From Lama glama (taxonomy: Eukaryota), in the NCBI GenBank assembly GCA_028534125.1, contig CM052816.1, forward strand, positions 13,332,001 to 13,396,000: a stretch of DNA of 64,000 nucleotides, given 5' to 3'. Positions 51,068 through 64,000 of the stretch are shown piece after piece; position 1 is the first letter of the stretch, and each line of letters opens with the position of its first letter. The position numbers and the translations under genes were made by a program. The notes beneath the pieces were generated by a model that saw nothing but the letters and a program-made list of their open reading frames with translations, was not told the origin of the DNA and searched no databases.

Positions 51068-52824
51068 GTTCTCCTCTAGCTACCCAGTGCAGATGATGTA
51101 CCAACAAAAGTACCCATGGAGGACGCTAAGACCCAGCCCTTAAAGATACCTAGCTCCTAATCATGCATATTACTTCCCTTTGAATCCGTATCCTCTGCTT
51201 CTAATTTCCTTACAGATTCCCTCTGCATTTAAAAAAATTTTACAGTCTTTGAATAGCCCCCTCTTGGTTCCAACCATACGCTTCCTTAGCTTTCTTTCCT
51301 GTTCTCTAGAATTTTCCTCCCTCCTGTATACAAGTCTGAAAGCTCTCCTCTCCCTTTCTGAACCGCAATTTGCAAAATTTCTACCGCTTTGATTTTTCCA
51401 TATCCAAAGAAACATACCCAATATGCTGTGACATCACAATCCATCTCCATGGAAACTACTGTGATATTGTAAAAATTGTATACAATCCAGCTAAGTCTGC
51501 AAAGCCGTCGATGGCACGAAGGAAGAGGAAGGGAATTGCAGACTCAGAGACGGGGCTGTTCACGCTTGTGAACCGGGAATATACACACCACTCTTGGGCG
51601 AGGCAGGACATTTGCTCTGGATGTTTTTAGGAAAACTCCAATTTTCTGAGATTGTTTGGAGAGAATGAATTTTTCCCTATTCCCTTCCTAGGCTAATTAA
51701 GTGACTTCCTGAGCTTATTTTAGACAAGCATTTCCGCCTCCCAAACTATTAGCACACTCAAGCTTCCGTTTGCAGGGAAAGAAGAAGAGAGGCCAAAGGA
51801 AGTAAACGGGGAAGCAGCAGCAGGACGCACACTGGGACTCACAGAACATCAACGTTGACCTTGGCTAGATCGTGGAGACTTTCTAAGGAAAAGACAAGGT
51901 CAGACATCGATGAGCTGGCCTCCAATGTGCTTGCGTGATTTCATAGCTCTAGGCTTTCGGAATAAATCCAAGTAGTGAGGGTATTTGGGATTCACGACAC
52001 CATACAAGGAGGAGTCTGGGAAAGGAGCGTCAGGGAACGAAGAATACAACATGACTTAAAAGCAACCCGGCTTCTCCAGTGCCCCAGCTCTCCCAGCCCA
52101 CTGCTAAGATACTAGCACCCAAACACCCCTGCTGTCTTGTCTTCTGCCCATCTGTCCGGCTGATGCTGCCAAGATCACCTCATTTTCTGCAACCTATCAC
52201 GCAGTGATAATACAACGCTCTCCCTGCCAGTGGGTTCTTGTGAGGGTTCAAGGAGCCAACGTGGAGAAAGCACAGTTAATGTTCATTACGGGCGAGCCAG
52301 TAGGCGACCCTGCGTCATTTGTCCAGTCACTTGGACTGGTCCGTAGGACTCTCCTGGTAAAACCTGAGTAAGGGTCTGGTCTCAACACCCACCAAAGCTT
52401 GGGCAAATGTCAAATGTTCAGAACCCAAATCAAGCAAATCAAATTCACCCCTAAACAAAAGACTGAAAAAGAATAAACCAACTAAATAAACAAAAGAAAA
52501 GAAAAAAAAGACCCCTCCCACTTTGCAGCAGAGCTCTTGGTTGAGCTGTTATTCCCCTGGCTGCATGGAGTCCATCTCTCTCAGTCTCCCTTCCTGGCCA
52601 GCTGTTCAAACACAGCTCAGGTGCAGAGGTGGTAACGTCTGCAAACATTAGAGAGGGAATGTGCAGAGTAAGGGATGAACCGGAGGGGACAAAGGAGGCC
52701 CTCCAAACTGGAGAACAAAAGATATGGCACAGGGGACGGCTGGGGACAATGCAGCCTTTGGGTCAGACGGCTGACTCTGGGGAGCCAGCAAGCCAGGCTT
52801 CAGTAAGGCGTGGAACCAGACCGT

Positions 52825-52950
52825 GTGCAACAGAACCACCTGGATGCTTATTAAAACTGCAGATCCCCGGGCCTCCTGGCACAGCAGTGACAGCAGAATC
52901 TCTAGGAGGGAGGCCCAGGGAATGTATTTTGACTCATTCTCGCAAAGCTA
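52825..52950. mobile_element. MER5A-like hAT fragment
   Basis: 'cagaaccacctggatgcttattaaaactgcagatccccgggcc...cagaatctctagg...ggcccagggaatgtatttt'. Confidence 0.7.
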
Positions 52951-53320
52951 AGTTATAACTTTTCAGTGCCAAAATGCCTCTGTAATGAGGGTGATAATTA
53001 GAATTAAAATGCAAATTCTCATGAACTGATGGAGGCGGGAGGCAGCCCCAGATGCCTCCCCCAACCCCGGCTTTCTGTTGCCTTCTCTTTCCTTTTCTCG
53101 CACCTCCTGGTTTAGCTGAAGCCCCACCTCCTCCATAAATAGCGTCCTGGAATTCCATCTACCTGCTTCCTCCCTTCTCTGGGCTCCTGGAATGCTCACA
53201 GTGCGGTCTGCATGTTATCCAGGGTTCCACCAAGGCTGTTCAAATGTGTTAGGTTTTGTTTCTCAAACTAGTAGTTAAGTGCATTTTAGTTTGTATTCTA
53301 CCACTCAGCATTCTTCAATG

Positions 53321-53335
53321 ACTGCCCTCTGGTGA
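53321..53335 (-). promoter_or_regulatory. CTCF-like motif (TCACCAGAGGGCAGT on the - strand)
   Basis: Close match to the CCASYAGRKGGCR core; motif only. Confidence 0.4.
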
Positions 53336-53449
53336 ATTAGAATGATAAAAGTGAACACCTAGAAATGGTTCCCGGGTGATCAAGAAAGAGCCATGGACTC
53401 AGAACTCTGAATATATACTGATTCCCTTGATCTAAAGATCCTAGCTTGT

Positions 53450-53875
53450 ACTATTATGATCCCTACTTCACAGATGAGAAAATTAAGGCTCAGAGAGGTC
53501 AATTTGTGCGGGGTCACAAGAGTAGAACCACAGTGTGAACCCAGTTTGTTTGACCCCCGAGACCAAGCCCTTTCCCACTACATTGTGTCTCTGTGCAGCC
53601 GGAGAGCGTGGCCCTTAATGATAAGAATGATGATGCACGTGCTGAGCACGTACCAAGGCGGGGGACCCTGTGCTGAGCGCTTCACCTGCATCGCCTCTTT
53701 TCACCTGCAGAATGACTGTGGAGTTGCTTCCGCCGTTACCCCCGTTTTACTGCTGAGAACCTGAGGCTCAGAGAAGTGAAGCAGCTTGCCCCAGATCACA
53801 AGCTGGTAGATGATGGTGGTGGATCGGAACCCAGGACATCTGACGCCAGGGTCTGCGGTCTTAAACGCTACTGCT
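53450..53875. mobile_element. Two adjacent MIR SINEs
   Basis: 'cacagatgagaaaattaaggctcagagagg' and 'ctgaggctcagagaagtgaagcagcttgccccagatcaca'. Confidence 0.75.
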
Positions 53876-54569
53876 TTGGCCCAGCCCAATGCTCTGGACA
53901 TCGGAGATGCTCCGAAGTACTTGCTAGGCTGAATCGCGCCAATGTCCAACCTTCTGAATTGCACCAGTGTCCCATGTGCTATGTAAACACACGGGGTGGT
54001 GCAGTGAGCTGCCTGGGTGGCTCTCCAGCCCAGCAGGCATATAATAAATGTAAGCTGCTGCCGACCCAGGTGTGCTTCCTGCCAACCACTCTCTCTCAGC
54101 TCAACCCATATACACACCATACACCCCTGCACACGCAACTCGTGCACTGCCCGTCTCCTTCGCTCACCGGGACAAGAAGCGCATGTGTGACTAAGATCTC
54201 TGATGGCCGGCTGCCCCGAGGGGAAGCAGCACTGGCTGGAAGAGGCGCGGACCCCTGTGCAGTTGAATGCACTGACTCGCTTCGCAAGCGAGTTTACTAA
54301 GCACCTACCACGAGCCTGCATTGTGCGAGGTTCCTGCACATGGTACAGAAGAAGCAGTCAAGATTCTGCCCGCGGGGAGGGACGATCTATAATGAGCCGG
54401 CACGTCATTTTCGGTAGTGCTGAGGGGAGAGGAAGAGACTGGCATAGGGATGGGAGTGGGTGGGGAAGAGTTCACAAAGCTAAAACCTAAATCATCCAAA
54501 GGAGCCAGCCAGGCAGCGCGTAATGCAAGTGTAAAGGCCCTAAGATGGGGAAAAGCTTGCTGTGATTTC

Positions 54570-54755
54570 AAAACAGCGCTCTGCAAGTTTTTCTTAAAAA
54601 GCCAGATCATGAATGTGTAACTACTCAACCCCGCCATGGTCGTGCGGTAGAAAATATGTAAACAAAAAGGCGGGGGTGGCTGTGTTCCAATGAAGCTTTA
54701 TTTACAAAAACAGGCAGCAGGCTGGACTTCGCTGGCAGGTCATTGCCGACCCTGT
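54570..54755. mobile_element. MER58-like hAT element
   Basis: 'gtggctgtgttccaatgaagctttatttacaaaaacaggcagcaggctgga...ttgccgaccct'. Confidence 0.75.
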
Positions 54756-56249
54756 TTGAGAACACAAAGGCGGCCTGGTAGGCTGCTGTGTATCCAGCGC
54801 GGGTGAGAGGGGGCCAGAGGGCAGGGGTGGGGCGGGGGACGTCCGCCCCGTCAATAATTCTGAGAGCGACAGGAGGCGGCTGGAGCACAGCAAGCAGGGT
54901 GCTCGTAACATGATGGGACTTCCACTTTCCCAAGACGACTCTGGTGGCTGTGCAGGGCACAGGTTATGGGGGCAAGGCTGAGTGTGACAAGACCAGTTAG
55001 GCAGCTGGTGGCAATGCTCGGGAGAGACACGGGGACGGCTGGGGAGGCTGAAAGACTCCACCAGGGAACTCTGTGTAGGCCCAGTGCCTGACATGTTGTC
55101 GATCAGCAGAGGAAACCTGCGGCCGCCCTGATCTGCACTCAAGCCACACCCTGAGCCCCGGGAGTGAAGGATCCCGGCCCGTCTCCAATCTTGATGACAA
55201 TATCCCAAGAGCCCAATGTTAGTGAATGCCGTGTGAATTTTCCAGGTATCGCTAATCACACTGCTTCTAGATGACTAATGTTCCTGAGGATACCAGCTAT
55301 TTCTCTTTCGGGTTACTGTCTGAGGTTCTCTTGGTGAAAAGGACAGTTTCCTAGTAGACTGGCGAGGGCTGACACTGGACTTCTTTCCGCGCATTGCGCA
55401 TCCATTGCCCAGTGCACAAAGTCCAAAAGCTGACTGAGCAGCCTCCCCAGATTTGCATGGGGCCCCTGGACTCTGGAGACTTGGAGATTAACTATTATGA
55501 ACAACAGACTTTCCCCTCGAGGTGCCCCTCCCTCCTCCTCCTCCTGATTCCTTCTTGATCCTGAAACCACACAGACACACACACAGTCATTAGGAAACTT
55601 CTGATTAGTCTAATGATTTAATCTGCCAGCGACAAAGCATCCAACTGAAATCACCCGTATCTGCTATCTCCAGCAATAAATTACCAAGAGATAAACAAGG
55701 AAAGGATCTCCCTCGCACGTGAATGGTTCTTTTTCCCGCTAATGCCCGATTTCTCCCATAAGGCTGAAGGGAGGGGGGAAACAGGGTCTCAGGAGCATCC
55801 TCTAAAAATTCAACATCATAAAATATTCCCAGCCAAACTAGTCTAAAAACTGGATTGACATTTTGTCACACCCTTCTTCGACTGCAGCCCAGTGAACACT
55901 GAGAGGTGTTGTCTTCGGGGCTTAATTTGGCCTTTTGCTCTTCAGGGAATCTGAAAGGTTACTGGCATTGCTGGTTAAAAAGAAACTAGTGTCAACAAAC
56001 TTTGCCATGACCCCCAGAGACCACAGGAAGGTGGGGTGGGGCCTCTGACTCTCTCCTGCTCTCATTCGTCCTTATAGGATTTATGATGATTACCTAGTTG
56101 TAGGACAGAAATAGTCCCAGAACCTGCTGGAAGTCACAGACTTGGCAGTTAAAAATCCCCCAGTATCTTTTTTCTTTTCTTTTTTTGGTTAGCTAGTTAG
56201 ACTGATTCAAAAGGAAACTTAAAAAAAAAAAAGTGGAAGAAGGTAGGAA

Positions 56250-56875
56250 TGTCAAAAGTGCAACACCATTTGGAAATCAGTAGGGTAGTTCCTCAGTTAA
56301 ACACAGACTTATCTATGACCCAGGCATCCCATGCCTGGGTGGATTACCAAGAGAACGGAAAACATATGTCCTCACAAAAACTTATATGCAAATGTTCACA
56401 GGAGCGTTACTCATAACAGCCCAAAAGCGGAAATAATCAAAATGTCCATCAATAGATGAATGGATAAACAAACTGTGGTATATCCATACAATAGAATATT
56501 GCTCGGCAAGAAAAAGGAATGAAGTTCTGTTGCATACTACAACCTGTATGATGTTGAAGATACTACGCAAAGTGAAAGAAGCCAGTTACAAACACCATAT
56601 ACTATATAATTCTATCCACAGAAACATCGGAGCAGGCAAATTTATAGCGACAGTAAGTAGATTCGTGGTTGCCTAGGCTGGATGGAGTAGGGTTGGGGGT
56701 AAATGGGGCATGAATGCTAAAGGGAACAGGGTTTCTTTGGAGGTAATGACATTCTAGAGTTAGATAGTGGTGATGGCTGCACAAGTCTAAATATACTAAA
56801 ACCCACTGCATTATACATTTTAAACGGGCATATTGTACGGTCAGTGGCTGTCTCAATAAAGCTGCTCGAAAAAAA
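56250..56875 (+). mobile_element. LINE-1 3' end (L1MB-like) in the last ARHGAP26 intron
   Basis: 'caaatgttcacaggagc...aaatgtccatcaatagatgaatggataaacaaactgtggtatatccataca...tctcaataaagctg'. Confidence 0.88.
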
Positions 56876-58779
56876 CTAGAAGTGGGTTGCACTTAGGAAG
56901 AGGAGTCCCAAACAGGACAGACACACAGGCACACACAGACCTCTTGAGAACTCAAACCAATTCCGCCCCTGGGACCAGGGTTCCTTCGTGTTGTCAGAGT
57001 GAATAGCTGATGGGAACATGGTGGTCCCTGCCAAAGGGAGCAGTGAATTGTGGTTTAGAGGACAGACCCTTAAGCACTGGATTCACCTGCATATGTAGGG
57101 GTCTCTCAAATCTTGCTCATCTGTAGGCAGAAGCACCCCAGCCCCACTGGCTCAGAAGGTTGAAGGCCACTGAGTGTGACCTGGGAGTCCCCCAGAGACT
57201 CTGAGCCCTGTTTCACATTCTGTCTACCCACACCCGAATCTGATCTGTGCCATGCTGGATGCAGGGGCTGGGCACACAGAGAGGCAGGGCCTCTGCATGC
57301 GGATGCAGTCAAGGCTGGTCCCCAGGAGCCCAGCTCTGTGCTGGCTGGGACCCCAAGACCCTCACCTATCACCCAGCCGGGAGAGCCAGGTCTGGGTCAT
57401 ATCAGCAAAAAAGAAACTATAAGAGCATCAGGGTCTGTTTCTAAGATGGACATAATCAAGATGATGATCATCATCGTAACAATGGACACAGTGAAAGCTT
57501 AGTATGTGCTGAGTACTAATTTGAAAATGTGATGTTCACTAGCTTGATTTCCTCTCACAACCATCTGTGATGGTTCTGTGACAGAGGGGAGAACTGAGGC
57601 ACAGAAAGGTTAAGTCACTGCTCGGGGTCACACAGAAGCACGTGGTCCAGCCAGGAAGTGCGCTTCGGTGGCCAGCATCTAGAGCTCTGGCTCCCCAGGG
57701 CTATGTGGGATTCTTGGCTGCCCCGTCCTGCTGGCAGGCAGGAGGAGGTGTGGTCCAGGCCCAGGCAGGGCCGCGCAGCCGCAATGGGAAGGGATGCTGG
57801 GGCCCTGTGCATTCACCCCTGCCAGGGAACGGTGCCTCTGCCCCACCTGAGGTCACGAAGGGAGGCCCAGAAAATGTCTAGTTCCTGAAACCAGGCATCT
57901 GGTTTTTGCTTCTTCCTTTGAGCAAAACAAACAGACCTTTTCACCCAAGAATCCAGAAGGATTAACCCCCAAGGAGAACTTCATCTGGGGGAAATCTCAG
58001 CTGTAACAGAAACTTGGGCTTTTCCCCAGAATCCTGATTTTGCTCTTAGGCAAAATAAGTTACGAAAAATTATGACATCAATTCCATCAATTTTCATTTT
58101 TCAAAATATTCCTCCCCGCTCCATGCTTTTTTTCAAAGAGAGGAAAGCAAACAAATGGAACAAAGACATGGTGCACCAAGCAAGGTGCAGGCCCACGGGG
58201 CAGGTGCCCTGAATCCACTTCCCCACCAGGATGCCTGTGCAGGACAGCTGGTGCTCTGCAGGGGTGGTCTGACTCTGGGGTCACCTAGGCGCTCCCAGCA
58301 GCTGCGGGAGGATGAGCAGGGACGCAGTGCAGCTTATTTGCCCCGAGCTCACCCAAGGCCCGGCCATCTCGGAAACCAGCCTCGCCTGCTGCAGACAGTG
58401 AATCCCACCGAAGCCCAGAGGATGCGCGCAGACCCTGCGGCCTCAAAATCCCTGTTCTTAACTCCTTCATCTCCTCCCTCCATCCAGCTCCAGATGCTCA
58501 AAGCCTGTACCGGGGATCATCGGATTTAATGCCCATGACATCTTGATGACAGTCTCTGCTAGACTGCAGAGTTAATGACACTTGTCCCTTTTGGCAGGGC
58601 CTCCTGAGGTCCCGCCACTGCGCCTCTTACTTTGGGAAGAGAAACACACACACACGCACACACGTGCCTTTGCGGTCTTACCTGTTCTACTGAGCTGTTC
58701 CCCAGGTAGAAAGTAACCGACCGCTCCAGTTACTGCTTTGCGTCCCCCCCACATCTCTGCAGGGGGAGGAGAGACTCAC

Positions 58780-58871
58780 CGTTGTCGAAGACCGTCCCTG
58801 CTGTGAACGACAGCTCGGAGTCGTGTTCTGCTTTGCAGGCATACAAGGCTTTTGCCTTCCGGAACGGCATG
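58780..58871 (-). CDS. ARHGAP26: ARHGAP26 penultimate exon (92 bp): MPFRKAKALYACKAEHDSELSFTAGTVFDN(V), start of the SH3 domain
   Basis: ALY..ELSF SH3 motif. Acceptor 'ttttctccag' and donor GTGAGT on the - strand. Phase-1 join to the last exon gives ...FDN-V-HPSQ. Confidence 0.97.
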
Positions 58872-59569
58872 CTGGAGAAAACAGGAGTTTATTTAGCATT
58901 TTTTAAAAGCCCTCTGAAAACCCCCGGTATTTCATCTCTCTTCCTCCCCTTCCCCACAAGCCATCTAGCCTTCTCTCATGGGAAGAGCCTGACAAGGCAG
59001 CCAGATGGCAAAACACGAGGCAGAAAAGCTGCAAAGGTCACCAGAGTGAGAACGAGAAATACTCAGAGGGAAGCCGCGAGCCGGGAGAAACCTCACTCGT
59101 CGTGGGGTGACCTTGTTTCGCGTTAAAACGCCCACTAGGAGTTAACAACAGCTGAGCAGCGGGAGGGCAGGCTGCACCCCATTTCTGGAGCAGGACTAGC
59201 TGGGCAGGAGGGAGGTGGAGGCAGGAAAGAGCTTCCCAGTGGCTCTGGGGAACACTCCCGGCAGACCCTGTTGAAGGTTGGCCAGGCTCAGTGAGTCAAA
59301 AAGGAGAAATTCTAGCAAAGCCAGGTTTCGGCTCCAGGCCCCGGGCGGACATGAGCTCTCCCAGATGTTACTTATTTCCCACTGGGCTGGTGGAGCAGGA
59401 TTCCAGAGCTGGAACTCCCCGACCCCAGGGTAGGGCCGGGAACAGACAAGGTGTGGGTGTGAGCAGTTACACACGTGTGTGTGTGAGAGCACGCATGTGC
59501 GTGTGTGGGGAGGGAGAAGGGATGGGCGACATGATGCCATTTTTTGTGCCTGTCTCATATCCAAGGCGT

Positions 59570-59730
59570 GCTGACTACCGCTCTCGCTGTGTACTGGAAC
59601 CTCCAGGGGAACCTTAACAAATGCAGATGCCCGGGTTCTCCCCTGACTTGCAGACGTAACTACAGCCATCAGTATTTTCATAAAGCTCTCCAAGTGACTC
59701 CAGTGTACAACCAGGGCTGAGAACCATCCT
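59570..59730. mobile_element. MER5A-like hAT element
   Basis: 'aaatgcagatgcccggg...aagctctccaagtgactccagtgtacaaccagggctgagaacca'. Confidence 0.75.
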
Positions 59731-59734
59731 TCCA

Positions 59735-59960
59735 GAGCACGGGTTGGCAAACTTTTTCTGTAACGGGCTGGACAGTAAATAGTTTAGGCTTCGTGGGCCA
59801 TCTGGTCTCCGTTGCAATGACTCAACTCTGCATCGTAGCGCAAAAGCAGCCACAGACAACACGCAAATGAATGTGCGGCTGTGTTCCAGCAAAACTTTCC
59901 TTACAAAAACCAGGTGGCGGGCTGGATTTGACCCAACAGCCAGAGACTGCTAACCCTTCT
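59735..59960. mobile_element. MER58A-like hAT element
   Basis: 'gggttggcaaactttttctgtaacgggc...gtggctgtgttcca-like core...ggcgggctggatttgaccc'. Confidence 0.85.
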
Positions 59961-62900
59961 TCTGGAGAGCAAGTTGCAAGTACTGCTGAATTCAGTTGCT
60001 GTCTATCAATTTTTGCTTTAATATCCAACTAGGTCCAAATGATCTACGGACTTCTTCTCAAGGGTCACAAGAAAAATGACATTCAGCAGTCAACAGTTGG
60101 CTCTGTATTTGCTGAAAGCAATCTCCTTCTCCTTCTAAGCCACCTGAATTCATATTTAGGGGCTCCAGGGCAGACTTACAAAGGAGCAAGGAGGTCCTCT
60201 GGGACAGACAATTATTCAGGGGGTATATATGATTTACTTCACATGTATGGTCTTCATCTGGCTAACGCAGAGTCTTAAGGACCCAGTGAGGCTAACCCTC
60301 CATGGCACACTGATTTCTCGTGGCTGAAGGAGATTTAGCTGAGCGCTGGCCGGTCTCGGGTAAATCCAGACAGAAGCAGAAGGGGCAGGGCGTCACGGGT
60401 CCTTATGGGGCTGTTACTTCTCGGAGTCACCAAGTCAGCTTCCCTTTGGGAAAGAGGAACCAGGGATGCTTGGAAAACTATACCAGGACCAGCCATCTCA
60501 AACTTTTAGTCCTGGTTTCATGAAAACGTAAGGAAAGATGACTTAAAGGGTCTGTTGTGCACAATGATCGGACAAATGGTGATCCAGAAGTTGTTCACTG
60601 GTGGTCTCTCTGGTCTTTCAGTAGCCAGAAGAGGACGGCCAGGTGGGAGAAAATGGGGAAAGTGGGAGAAGATGAAGTGAGTCCCCTGGGAGTGAAGGGA
60701 GGAAGGGCCTTTAGAATGTATCAGCTCCAACTGGAAAGCAGCTCTTCCTGTGTAATTATCATAAATGTCAGAATCAAGGTCGGGACAAGGGGGCATATTC
60801 TGTGATCTAACTGAACCAGGTCTGTACGTGGGCCAGCAAGGGCCCAAACAGCTGATGTGCAACTAAAATTGTGGCTTTTGTTTTTTGTCTTTGGAGGGAG
60901 TGGGGAGCAGAGAGGAGGAGTCACCTCGTTATAAAGTGTTCAAACAGCCCAAATCCTGTACTGACAGGCAAGGGGAGCCTGCTGTGACCTGGAAAGTGGA
61001 AGGAGAATCCAGTGGACATAAGCCAGGGTCATTGTCCCTTGAGGACAGGGCAGAGCAGGCGGGGAGAGAGCAAAGAGACTAGGGACGGGGAGATAAAAGG
61101 TGAGGTAAAAATCACCCGAGGCCAGGCTCTTCCGGCTGGATTCTCAGAGAGGTTACTTATTAACCTCATTTAATCCAGGGAACGGGCCAAAACAGGGGCA
61201 AGCCAGGGAAGCCAAATGGGGTCCCTGGCAGGAAAGAAACAGAGGGAACAGCCTCACGTGCCCAAGACTATCATGCTTTTCCACTAATATCAGGCTTTGG
61301 GAACTGAATAATGATAATATTTAATAAAACAGTAGGTGAAAAATAAAAATGAAGGTCAGGAAAGGGCCCTCCTTTTCTCTCAAACAGGTGACTGCCAGTC
61401 CACGAGAAGGCCTTCTCCCCTGAGACCTCCTCCCGCCCCCCCTGGGATGTGCACAAAAATGGCAGGGATGACAGAAGGAGTGCATTTAAAAGAGGTTACT
61501 CCTCTTGTAGGCTTTGGCTCTGAGTAAAGAAATAAAAAATTGCCGCCAAGCATCTTTGATTCTTTGGCTTCCCTGTTCTCTGCAGAGAATCTCAACACTG
61601 GACACAGAGAGCCTGGGGTGCCGCTGGCTGTCCTGAGACAGTGCCCTTCAGACCTCAGCTGGGCCTGCAAGGGCACGAACCAGCTTGGAACCTGCTGCTA
61701 GTTCATTTTTAATTTTCACTTCTGAGCATGGCACGAGGCCTGGAAAGCACTCAGAGCGGCTTCCCTCAAGCGCCCTTGCAAACCCTGCAGAATGACCACC
61801 CATTCTCCACTGTATGGGGAGGTGGGCTCAGTGAATCTGGTACATGGCAACGGCTTGATCACTTAGGCATAATTTCCAGGGGCCCCTGTGTGAATGCAAG
61901 GTATGAGTCTGGGACCGGGAGCTTTTCAAGGGGTGTGAGGAAAAGGAAGAGGAAATGCTCTTCCAGTCCCTTTTCTCTGCTGTGCTGTGAAAGGCACCTC
62001 CGGCCCTGAGCCTTGACTAACAAGCACTGACAACCCACAGGAGAGGGAGGAGGGAGGCCGCTTCCATAGGGGACGTTATATAGGAGTTCACGGGCCCACT
62101 AATGAGGTCTAATTGGGTTTTTACTTTTAAAAGCTCTGCCCAGGGAAGGAAGTCTGAAGCTTCATGTCTGGGAAGGGGATTTGGGGGAAGGATCCATTGC
62201 ACCTGACTCAAGGGTGCATGCCCCCACCTCTTGGCTGCCAACTGCGACAGCGCTTAGGGGATCTTGTCCTCTCCTTGGCTAGCTCCCCACCAGGACTGCC
62301 ACCCGTGCTGCCATCCATGCCCACCCTGGCACACAGTCAGCTCAGTAACAGCCAATTCCAAGCCCTGCTCCGCCTTGCCTATTTCAAAATGGCAGCTTCC
62401 TAAAGGGCTGTGGAATGGCATCGTCCAAACGGTGCCATATGATGATGGCCAGAGTGATCGGTACTGAGTAACTGTGACCCCAAACACATGGGGTGGGCAG
62501 ACTCTACTGCTACTGTCCTCTGCCAATCCGGAAGTACTTCGGGGGATGGAAGGGAGAGGAAAGGTGGAGACACTGGACAGGCAACAGGGCCCCCAGGCTT
62601 AGAGACCCAAGAAAATGAATACTGTCAAAGCGGTGAGTACATTTTAGTTTTTTAGCCAAAAGATTCCACTGTCCTGAGTGGCCCAACCCATTCGGCCCAA
62701 GGGTCAGTGTTTTGAAGATGTTACTTCCTTTTGATCAAAACGAAGGAGCCACATTCTCCTAATGCCAAAGTATCTTTCAGGACTGAGTGAGGCATTCTGA
62801 AAGCTGACTCTCTGGTCACTGTAGCTGGCTTTGGTTCAGGTCCTCATGGGGCAATCAATAATCTAACCACAGCAATCCAAGCCATATCTGGTCTCCTATG

Positions 62901-64000
62901 AACGTTTCCCAAAGTGTCCCAGATACATCTAAGAAATAATTAGGGAATAACTTGACTATCAGGAAAGTATCATCAGAATTTTTACCTTACTCCCAGGGTG
63001 AGGATAAAAGGATATGGTAAAAAGCTATCTCTTCCACCTTCAAAGGTGAAGCCAGACAGAAAACCTAGAGGAGGAAGCCAGGCTCTGGGGCTGCCAAACA
63101 TGGAAACTTAAATTTCGGGCCACCCATGTGGTTGGAGGAAGGAGTGCTGGCTGAGGACAAGAAGTCCTGAGTTCTGGCCTGGCTCTCACCAGTCAAGTGA
63201 CTGTGTACAAGTCACTTCTCAGTGCCTTAGTCATCCTTCTCTGTAATAGGTTTCAGGCCTTTTCTTCTCCCACATATAAAATTGTATATACAATCATATA
63301 TATAATATATATAAACTTTTTTTTCTCCTCCAGGCACTTTCATATCTATCCTTTCATTCTCTCTCTCTCTCTCTATATATATATGAATATATAAATAGCA
63401 TGGGGTTTCTTTTTTTTTAAAAGTGAGACTTGTCTTTACAAGTTATTTGAGCCTCTCTGCTGGGCCCATCCCTTAGGAAAAAACCAGCTATGAGAAAAAG
63501 ATGGACGAGAAAACTCTGCCAAGGCTGCAGAGCCTCATGATGCTCATAACTGCGCTCTCCACCCTGGTTGTCTGGGAGCAGAGACACACGGGCTCGCAGC
63601 CTACACAGCAGAGGGCTCCTGTTCTTTTCCTGGAGTGAAACAGCATCTTTTCTCCAAAGAACTCAAATGCAAACAATGCAGTCTGGACGCCCTCAAAGCA
63701 GGGAAGACCTGCAGCACGGCCCTTGGGGAGCGCAGCTAGGTCAGCCCTGCGAGAGAGGTGTCGCCTGTCCCCAAGAAGAGCTGAGGGTTCATGACGGGGG
63801 GAGACGGAAGCAGGCTGGGAGCACGGAAGGTTCCTGGGACTACACGGAAGGTAAGGAGGCAGCCAGGAACAATTTAAAGAGAAACTGCTGCCCATCTAGG
63901 GCCTTTTTTCTGTGTCATATTCGTCTGTCTTCCACCTTGTCTGGAGCTCAGCAGCTAGGTGTCAGAACTCACGGCTGACAGCCCAGCCCCACAAATCAAC

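Noticed and set aside
29462..63978. Many 60-212 aa ORFs in the GC-richer right half (e.g. 38251-38838, 47241-47765, 53701-54339, 54702-55259, 59196-59750)
   Set aside because: No recognisable domains. They overlap in several frames, and many run through MIR or MER relics or the ARHGAP26 UTR and introns, as expected by chance.

Overview
Mammalian (eukaryotic) genomic DNA, probably a camelid, judged from a camelid-type tRNA-derived SINE and L1 3' ends. The window covers the convergent, tail-to-tail 3' ends of two known genes. On the + strand is NR3C1 (glucocorticoid receptor): exon 8 at 1531-1688, exon 9alpha CDS at 2235-2387, a ~4 kb 3' UTR to ~6407 and an intact exon 9beta acceptor at 4845. 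On the - strand is ARHGAP26/GRAF1: the last two SH3-coding exons at 58871-58780 and 50661-50573, then a long 3' UTR. The ~38 kb between them is mostly L1, L2, MIR, MaLR/ERV LTR and hAT MER relics, with one 500-N gap and an orphan CpG-rich promoter-like element near 21.2-21.7 kb. I found no wholly new biological system. The best leads are: (i) a frameshifted GR-beta exon that would add a 38-aa basic, Cys-terminated tail instead of the human 15 aa; (ii) clustered substitutions in the GR helix 11-12 region, including I747V; (iii) the orphan CpG/CCAAT element, with a palindromic two-strand Kozak ATG. Human, mouse and fish comparisons are from memory. Repeat family names and edges are by eye and approximate.
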